Assembly: GCA_951406725.2 (NCBI GenBank)
Contig: OX597816.1
Location: forward strand, 122,884,001 to 122,948,000
DNA: 64,000 bases
Source: Octopus vulgaris
Lineage: Eukaryota
Reading direction: 5' to 3'
The notes beneath the pieces were generated by a model that did not search any database, had not been told where the DNA came from, and saw only the letters and a program-made list of their open reading frames with translations. Below, in pieces: positions 55,591 to 64,000 of this stretch (position 1 is the first letter of the stretch; each line of letters opens with the position of its first letter). The translations under genes were made by a program, and so were the position numbers.

Positions 55591-55662
55591 GGTCATTGCT
55601 TGGAATCGAACTCTGAATCTTCGGGTTAGTAGCCTGCGCTCTTAACCACTACGCCATATGTC
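55591..55662 (-). ncRNA. tRNA-derived Pol III head (not a functional tRNA)
   Basis: A-box TGGCGTAGTGG, anticodon-like loop CTACTAA, B-box GTTCGATTCC; acceptor stem imperfect. Confidence 0.75.
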
Positions 55663-55797
55663 CATGGGCATATGGCATTGTGGTTAAGCAGTGACCTGAA
55701 CAATAACAACAACAATAACAAGAATAATGATAATGATAATAATAATAACATCGAAAAATACCTTAGGAATGAAAACACAGGTTCGAAATTTCCCCAA

Positions 55798-55843
55798 TAC
55801 ACCTGAAGAAGGCTGGAGGGTATATCAGCTGAAACGTTGTGTT
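55798..55843 (+). ncRNA. Hammerhead ribozyme motif (right arm)
   Basis: UACAC-CUGAAGA-AGGCUGG...UCAGCU-GAAA-C-GUU-GUGUU. Confidence 0.75.
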
Positions 55844-56283
55844 AACAACAAACAAGATGAAGACAAATATCCGTTGAATGTAATTAATGTAAATAATGTA
55901 CATAATTCCTCATCTCTTAAATATAGAACTGAAAATTTTTTGTTGTTTCTGTTTTTACATTTTGTTTTTATATTTTGCTAAATACTAGCATTGTCAGTAA
56001 CTAAAACAGCAACTTATATTACAAATTACTCATCATCCTTTATTTAATACCATGTCATTTTATTTGATACCATATCATTTTACACAAATATTATCAAGTT
56101 GCGGAAGGAATGTAGGTGGTAGAGAACTGCACTAAGTGTTTCCATACAGCCTAATTTGGTGACTTTAAATATTGAAATCAAATATTGCTAAAATGGAATT
56201 TGGTTCACTCTTTTCTTAAGTACACACAAAAAGCATGAACTATACTGGAGCTAATTCATTTACGTCCACTTATTTTCTTGCAG

Positions 56284-56292
56284 CGTGAAATG
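56284..56292 (+). CDS. Candidate 9-nt microexon (CGTGAAATG)
   Basis: CTAAT branch-like site, pyrimidine tract TTATTTTCTTGCAG, donor GTATGC; frame-preserving length. Confidence 0.35.
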
Positions 56293-56832
56293 GTATGCTC
56301 GTCTTGCTATGTTTACTCATTACTAGTTACACTGCAAATAAGATGACAGTCTCGGTTTTAGTTCATTTGTTGTTAGTTTAAAATGACTTTGAGTTTTCAT
56401 CAGAGAAAAAAAACAAAAAACAGAGAAAATAAGTTAAAATAAGTTTAACATATATGAAACACAGAGAACATCAGAGCACACTTCATCCAATCCTCTGGGA
56501 ATTATTTAAACTCTCTGAATGCTTTGTCAATCACTGACTTTAAAATGTCTAACCCATGTGCAATAGTCTGTTGCTAAGCAATTAAATTCTCTTTGGATTC
56601 TCAACCCTTTATAGATTAAATCAAAATCAGTGGAATGATGTTATGGCTGTGAGTTAAGAGGCTTGGTTTACAAGTATATAGCTTTAGATTCAATCCCACT
56701 GCATAGAACATTGGGCAAGTGTCTTCTACAAACTTACTAATACAATTTGTTTCATCATATTTTGTTTGTTGTTTAAAAATACTATTGAGCCTTTTATGAA
56801 ATCTTTAAAAAAAATCAAAGGAATGAAAGAAA

Positions 56833-57033
56833 TTAACCCTTTTAATACCAACCCAGCCGAAACTGCCTCTGGCTCTGTAGTACAAATGTCTTGTTTTCAT
56901 TAGTTTTGAATTAAAATCTTCGTCACAATTTATGATCCTAACACTAGCTTAATGATAACTAAGTTATTTTAAAAAATTCTTCGTTATATTTAAAATTAGT
57001 ATCTCAAAATAAATACAGTAATGAAATAGTTGA
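56833..57033. mobile_element. piggyBac-like MITE, second copy
   Basis: Reverse complement of 48840-49067 with small deletions. Confidence 0.75.
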
Positions 57034-57734
57034 AGCAGATAAGTTAGAAGGTACATATTATTTATTAGCTTAGATATTTTTTGGAAATGACATGGGAGTA
57101 TTTCACTTGTAAGTGAAATTTTGTTGACAGAATCTGTATGAAAATCCATTCTATCATTATTATCATCATCAACATCATTTTACATCCAAATATACAAGCA
57201 TGGACTGGACACAGTTTATTTGAGGTAGTCAGATGATCTTCTTGTCACTAACCCCCACGTGTTTCCAAGCAAGGTAATACTTCCACATGACCAGACATGT
57301 TCTTGCAGAATATTCAAAATTAATGACACTGCTTGTATGACAGTGACACACATATACATCTGTCATGTGATGTCAAGTCCAGAAGACAGCAACGCACACT
57401 CTCACATATACAAGTATACACATGTACTTACATACACACATTCTTCTAATGTAATTTAAATCTTAAATTGTGTGACAAATAACCAGTATTAAGATCTCCA
57501 AGTATTGTCCTATTTGTGATATTGCACCCTACTCCCTTGATTGAAATTTGAAGTTTGGATGTTTCATATAGTACACGCAGTGAATAAAACAAAATACGAA
57601 AACTTGTTTCTAAGATAATTAGTTACCCCGTCTTAGTTATGTTTCATTAAGAAAAGATTATTATTATTTCTATTTAAACACATACATGCATACATGCATG
57701 CATACATACATACATACATACATACATACATACA

Positions 57735-57765
<31 letters not shown>

Positions 57766-60160
57766 TTGATACCAGTTCATAAGTCAGGAAAAAATGTGTA
57801 CTCATATATTTGTAAATAATCAAATTATACAGTAAGATAGATCTATTTCAGCTGATCTTGCAAACAGGTTTTGCATTGGTATCAGATAACCATATATTAG
57901 ACAACAGAATGGTTAACTGATACCACGTGATCTTCAGAAATGGCAAATATGAAAAATATATGGTGACTGCTCTCCATTATTTGAGGTGAAAAAATTTTAC
58001 ATCTGCTTTGGGGGAATGGTGAAAAAAGATGAAGTTGTGGGAGGCTAATTAACAAGGGATAAATCAAGAGTTATGTCCTTTAGCTCAAAAGTATACCAGA
58101 AAGCTATAAGGTAACAAGAATCTGGTGGATGAAAGTATATGTAGGGACCAAAAGAATGAAAGACAAAGATTGTGGAATATGGACACAAAGTGTAGAGCAT
58201 TGAAACAACACCATGAGGCATTCTGTGCAAAATTCTAATGACAATATTTATTCAACACCAAGGAAATATATTTATACATACACATTTATATTTTTATAAC
58301 ACGTTCGAAGGAACTACTTGTTAGCTGGGAGCAGCATATTTAAATCCCCAAATTTTTTCCCAGCATGACATGAGTTCTAGATTTTCCACTTTTAAATTTC
58401 TGTACATAATGTATATGTTACCTATATATGATTACCAAAATTATTATAAACCATAGGGTAATTAAAAATAGATATCACTTAAATCTTTCTCAAAAAGAAA
58501 GCATATAGATTAAAGGCCAGTCATGTTTAACAAAAATAGAAATGAAATATTTTTACCAGATTGTAAAACAAATATGAGAAAAAGGAAATTTGAGAGAAAT
58601 TTCTCAAATGGAAAAGCCTTTTTAACCATTTAATTTACACAGAAATTGTTATAGTTTTTTTTTTACTTACAATACAATTCCACTGCAGTTATTTCAGACT
58701 TAGTTATTGGCAAGTTTCCATAGGCTTTCTCTTGCAGTTTTTGTTTGCTGTATAAACTTGAGGGCTTACAATTCTATTGTATAGTTGTTCTACCTGCTGA
58801 CACTGGTTACCACTAAGCTTGTAGTCAAATTACAAACAGCGTAAGGGGCCAATCTATAACCATACAATGAGCCCATATGTTCATAACTTCAATATAGAAA
58901 ATAATAATAACCCAGAGATCTATAAAACTTACTAGTAACTGAATTTCAAACTGTTGCAGTGGAACTGTATCAGTGACCAGGTTTCAATGGTGCAATTAAA
59001 AATGAGACACTTCATAAAATATATAGAAAGTGAATATAACAACTTTCATGTTATTAAATGGCTAAAATGGTTCTATAATATTATGTATTTCAGTTTCAAT
59101 AAACAATTTATGATCAGGTCACTTGCCAGGCAAATAAAACAATATTTGAAAAAAATTTCAGTTTACTTTGCAGTAATAATTCTTTGTAGACAAAATCAAT
59201 TTTCAGATTAATTTTGGTTTAAGATGACTATTTAAAATACTTGCATTTAATATTTTCATTTCATTCAGTTAATGTGGCAATACTTATATGTAGTTAAAAT
59301 ATCAAACAGTTTACAATTATTTTTACTACATTTTTTATCCTATATTCCTCACTTATTTCAACCAAAAATTTAAGATAATAACTATAACATAACTTTTAAC
59401 TTAACTGCTATAAATTATTTAAGGTTTTAATTCTTTGATTCCTGTAGTTTTAACCATACTTGTAATATTATTCCTTGTTTCAGCAAATGTATTCAGTAGA
59501 GTTTTTAAACAACAAACTGTCATGAAACAGATAGTGCAAACCAGGTTATAATGAAATTTTAAATGATTTAATGGCGGTTTGTGGGTGTAATATAAAAGCT
59601 TCCATTCAATTGGTTCCTTATTTATTGCAGGTAACATTGCTAGATGTTCTTTTGCTAGCCAGGAAGGCTAAATAGAATTACATACACTGTGTAGACAATA
59701 TTCAAAATTTAAAAGATTTTAAAATTGATAAGTAATATTCTAAATGACTTCTAAAAATAGGAAAATATTCATTGAATGTTTAGTTAAAAATCTGAAATAA
59801 AGAAAAACTTATGTGTATATATGAATATGTGTGTGTGTGATGAAGCAGTATTATTTTGGTTGAGATAACACAACAGTTAACCAATGTTTAGAACTTTTAT
59901 ATTCAAATTTCAATCAAGTATTAAATGTTTTTTGTCCTCTGGTTTCCATTTGGTATCATATACATTTTATTAATTTACTGAGAATTGAAGAAAAAAGCAG
60001 AGTTTGGTGAAGTAATTTTTTTACCCCATCATGATAAATATAATCATAGCAAATCTTATAATCCACAAGTGAGCGAAACATTAGTAAGTCATGATGTTGT
60101 AATAAAAATCATTTAAGCAAACTCACTAGCTCTTATACTGCACTTATATATATATATATA

Positions 60161-60655
60161 AAGGCAAATTTATAGACGTCACTAAAGTGACAGAGAGTAC
60201 AGAGTGGTACCAGCGTTGCTAGAAATAAGAGTCAAAAATGACTCAGCCACAAAATCATTATCTTAGTAAGTTGACAAGGGAGACAAAGCTCCCTACGGTT
60301 GCAGATATAGCAATATCATGTGATTTCAAATTTTGATGCAGAGCATCATAATTCTTGTCAGTGGCTCTTACTGCACCTAGGGTTAAGCTGAACTCACCTC
60401 ATCAACTTATAAGAAAAACCGTTGAAAATATGTGCTGATTTTAAAAACTGTAGAAGTAAAAACTATAAATAATATGAGTGACTTATTAGTAATTTAACAA
60501 CACAAAGATAGTGCTTTTGTGGCTAATAAGTCATTTTGACTCTTATTTCTAGCAATGCTAGTACCACTTTGTACTCTCTGTCAGTTTAGTGACATCTATA
60601 AATTTGTCTTTAGGTTGTTAAATTGCTAATAAGCCACCAGCATTATTCATAGTTT
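60161..60655. mobile_element. Foldback element with two overlapping inverted-repeat pairs
   Basis: 60161-60254 pairs with 60515-60610; 60462-60501 pairs with 60614-60654. Confidence 0.75.
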
Positions 60656-60944
60656 AAATGAAATGGTGCAGATCCTGTTCAGATCTAAGATCCCTAACTC
60701 TACTGAACTCTAGGTCAGAAATTCTCAGTGGTTGCAAGGATATGTATAAATATATTTTGAAGATTTGCAAACTTCCGCCTTGATGTCTTGATGTCTTTCC
60801 AGGTTAATCTTTTAAGGACTAAGGAGGACAACTCGTTTACCTTTTTACTGTATATGTTTCACATTTTAGAGTTTGTGTTTTTGTTTTCTGTTTTATACTG
60901 TTTATTATTTAATTTTTAAAGCCCGTTTTATGATATGTGGTTTG

Positions 60945-60997
60945 CACCTGAAGAATATGTTTGAGTATTTCTCAACATATGAAACTATTAGTAGGAC
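60945..60997 (+). ncRNA. Hammerhead motif with weak stem I
   Basis: CUGAAGA-AUAUGUU(U)GAG/CUCAACAUAU-GAAA-CUAUUAG-UA. Confidence 0.6.
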
Positions 60998-61109
60998 TTA
61001 AATATTTGTATTGGGCACATAAAATAAATAATATTTATTTTTTATCAGTTGGAGTACTTTAAAGTTACATTGTGGAACAGTCATTTTAACGAGTTGGTTT
61101 TATTTATTT

Positions 61110-61213
61110 ATCATCCGATGAGATACATCTGTACCCTCGGATGCTCCTGAACCAGTTGTTGAGTGTCCCACAAGTGGAATTGATGCTAGATGTGTTGAAA
61201 CAATTGTCGTGAT
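61110..61213 (+). ncRNA. Hammerhead motif, U4C core variant
   Basis: AUCAU-CCGAUGA-GAUACAUCU...AGAUGUGUU-GAAA-CAAUUG-UC-GUGAU. Confidence 0.7.
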
Positions 61214-62163
61214 TAATAATAAATTCTCGTATATTCCATCTTCTGTCTTTCAATTGTTATATATATATATATGTTTGTGAAAATCGAAAATAAACACAAC
61301 AAAAGTCACAAGGACGTTGATGCTCAGTTTAAAATGGAAAAAAACAGGGGATGGGTAATGTTTCAAGCATGGTACTTTGTCAGAGAGAGGAAAGAGGAAT
61401 GGTCTGGTGAGAAGGAAAAAGTAGTTCAAGAAAAGCATGGGTCAGTTGGCAGAGTCATGAGAACATCATAACACCTACAAATTCAGAGGCCCACTTTGCC
61501 TTTTGCCCTTTTGTTGTTGAAAAAGTACTAACCTAGGTCTGATGTAGCCTTCTAGTTGTTGCATCCTTGATGTTCTACAGGGCCAGAAGTGGAAGGACTA
61601 AAAGGGTATCCAAGTTGACATGTGATTATATCGGCAGCTGCACTAGTTGGCAAAAGCATGGTCCATAGTACACATCATATTTAATTGTAAGTGGCAAGTG
61701 TACTTTGTACACTCACACACACATGAACACACACACACACACACACACAGAAGCAAGCATATACAGACACATACTTATGTATATACATAGATGTGTGTGC
61801 ACATATTTGTGTATGTGTATGTGTGAGGCAGGCTTCTTTTAGTTTCTGATTGATAAATCCATTGATGATGCTATTTCTCATCACTGCTGATTCTGATTGA
61901 ATCCAAAACCATATGGTTGCAATGTGAACTTGTTAATAACACACCCATGCCTATCAGATGTATCATTCTGCCACCATATTACTCTTGGTTTGGCTGGAAG
62001 CTTTCCTATAAATTCTCTGTTTTTATGTATGCTACAGATAACTAAATCTTCATTCCTGCATTCACATGTGCCAGTTAGAATTTCTTTAAATCTAATCCCT
62101 ATTGCTGGATATTTAGTTTTTCATATCTTTCTTCTCCATGGTGTCTTTTGTATTTGTGTCTGC

Positions 62164-62216
<53 letters not shown>

Positions 62217-63479
62217 TCTTCATTGTCTGTTATATTAAGTTTTGAAAATGGTAGAATGAGATTAGAAGGAGATCTGGCTGCTATTTTCAGCAGATTAACT
62301 GAATATCTAGAAGTACCCTTGTTGACCAAGCTGACATATACTGATGTCATCTTACAGCAGGAAAATATTGTTTGACAGCAATACAACAGGTGAATCAGAC
62401 AATATTCTCACTTGCCAGAAAACAACTCTCCCCACTCTCTCTCTCCATTACATTTGGTTTTATTTTTCAGAGGTAGTGTAAGGCATGAGCCGCTTAAAAA
62501 GGATGTGATACATGGTAGATGGTAGTACAAAGAATTAGCAGAATATAGGATACATATAGATACTTATAAAATCTCCATTATTATAACGATTTTTAAAATT
62601 AATATGTCAAAAAAGAAAAAAAAGAATTACCAAGCAATTTTATATCAATTATGTAAACTGAGACTCAAAAAAGCCACAATTTTAAGAAAATTATATGATG
62701 AAAATTTAAAACTTTTTACGTTTTTTAATTTCTTTTTTTTTTTAAGTATTTATCCATTTATTTTTTATTAATTAAATTTTTGCTATTCTGTTATGGAAAT
62801 CATTTCATAATAACAAATACGTTTTGAAATAATCATCTAGTTTTTGGGTATTGTTTCAGTAACCACAGAATAAATCAAATTTTATATTATTTTTACAGAT
62901 AAAGCAATGAAAACTTTTCAAAACATTTTAAATATTGATGCTTTAATTATCTTCTTTTACTCTTTGAATTAAATATTTTAAATCAGGAAATAAGAAAACA
63001 ACTTTCCTTTAGAAAAGTAAGCTACTCTTGTAGTATTTTGACTGGTAGATTTTATCTCTCAGTTACTTGCCACAATGGAATCTAAGATTGTGCAGTATTC
63101 TGTAGACATTTGGTGTAAATGAAAGCATCCTAAATTTGTATTCAGTTTAGTCCTATAAATAATATGCATTGGGAAATCACATTTCTTTTTTTTCTTTGGA
63201 TAAAAGATTCATATTTCACTATAGCAAAAATATATTTTTGTTTTTCCTAAGCAATCCTATAGCCCTAATCAAAAGCAATGCAGCTATTACTATGCACCTA
63301 TTTTCTAAGCTGTCATAACAAAATTATTTCTCTATTATTCTACAATTATTAGAACGAGATATTAGATACAATAATTTACAAATTATTCAAGAATTCATAT
63401 ATATGATCAGACATTATTTGTATATATGATCAAACATTATATTATACATGATTTCCTTCAGTACATTAACTAATGCATT

Positions 63480-64000
63480 TTGAGACTTGTGACTGGTTTT
63501 TCTAACTCTTTTAATAAGAGCATACATTCATCTTAGTGAACTGTATCTCTAGAGTTACAGATCAATATTTGTGCTAAAGCAAGATCAAACGACAACTGCA
63601 AAGGGATTGTAGGGAAATAGTCTGATTATTTGACTGAAGTAAAATCTGTCATTTGTGAAACAAGTATTGGTAGCAAAACTTCCTTTGCAGTATGATGAGT
63701 CGGTAGTATATTGTCTGAAGTTCTTGTAAACTGGTGAATTGGGAAATGGTACTGAATGGTATTGGTATTGAAGTTTCTTTGCTGTTGGGATTTTGGCTAT
63801 GATATTGATTGAGAGAAAACAATAACCAAGCAAACATCTAACACATAAATTAACTGGCTGCATTATTAGGACAGTGGTGCAGACTAAGCGTTTGTAAACT
63901 GCCATTTAGTTCATTCTAATAAAACTTTTCCTATGTTGTCCAAGTTGATTATATGATAGCTTTGTGTCATTGGTCTACTTAAGCAGAACAATGCCAGGAA
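63480..64000 (-). pseudogene. Possible decayed LINE RT fragment
   Basis: Interrupted IIAKIP..KK...Y..P...YK.F segments resembling RT domains 0-2. Confidence 0.3.

Larger units (their letters stand above)
55370..55931. mobile_element. Head-to-head palindromic dimer of a tRNA-head/(AAT)n/hammerhead element
   Basis: Centre CCATATGTCCATGGGCATATGG; the arms are mutually reverse-complementary; each arm carries an HHR. Confidence 0.85.

Noticed and set aside
55591-55662. Functional tRNA-Ser(ACT) gene
   Set aside because: Poor acceptor stem, no long variable arm, and embedded in a repeat; treated as a SINE head.
62148-62375. Protein-like ORF tail (RLEGDLAAIFSRL...)
   Set aside because: Starts in (AG)n, has no clear splice boundaries and no recognisable domain.

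Overview
This is AT-rich, microsatellite-dense eukaryotic DNA. The SINE, RTE, Penelope and Helitron repertoire and the (TA)n/(AAT)n/(GAT)n tracts suggest a coleoid cephalopod such as Octopus; that is inference, not a database match. No complete host gene is visible, and almost all ORFs in the track are microsatellite or antisense artefacts, so the window is probably intronic or intergenic. The real coding content is transposon-derived: a nearly intact, GC-rich Penelope-like RT + GIY-YIG element (about 20.6-23.25 kb), a decayed Helitron Pif1 helicase (23.9-25.1 kb), and RTE, R4/Dong-like, Gypsy and mariner remnants. The main unexplained signal is about 14 type-I hammerhead ribozyme (HHR) motifs from several unrelated families on both strands. 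One family joins a tRNA-derived Pol III head to an (AAT)n linker and a hammerhead tail, and occurs as a head-to-head palindrome (55.37-55.9 kb). Also present are several long foldback elements, a nested Helentron/Helitron/Penelope stack, and a candidate 9-nt microexon at 56284-56292. All alignments and folds were done by eye and element boundaries are approximate.
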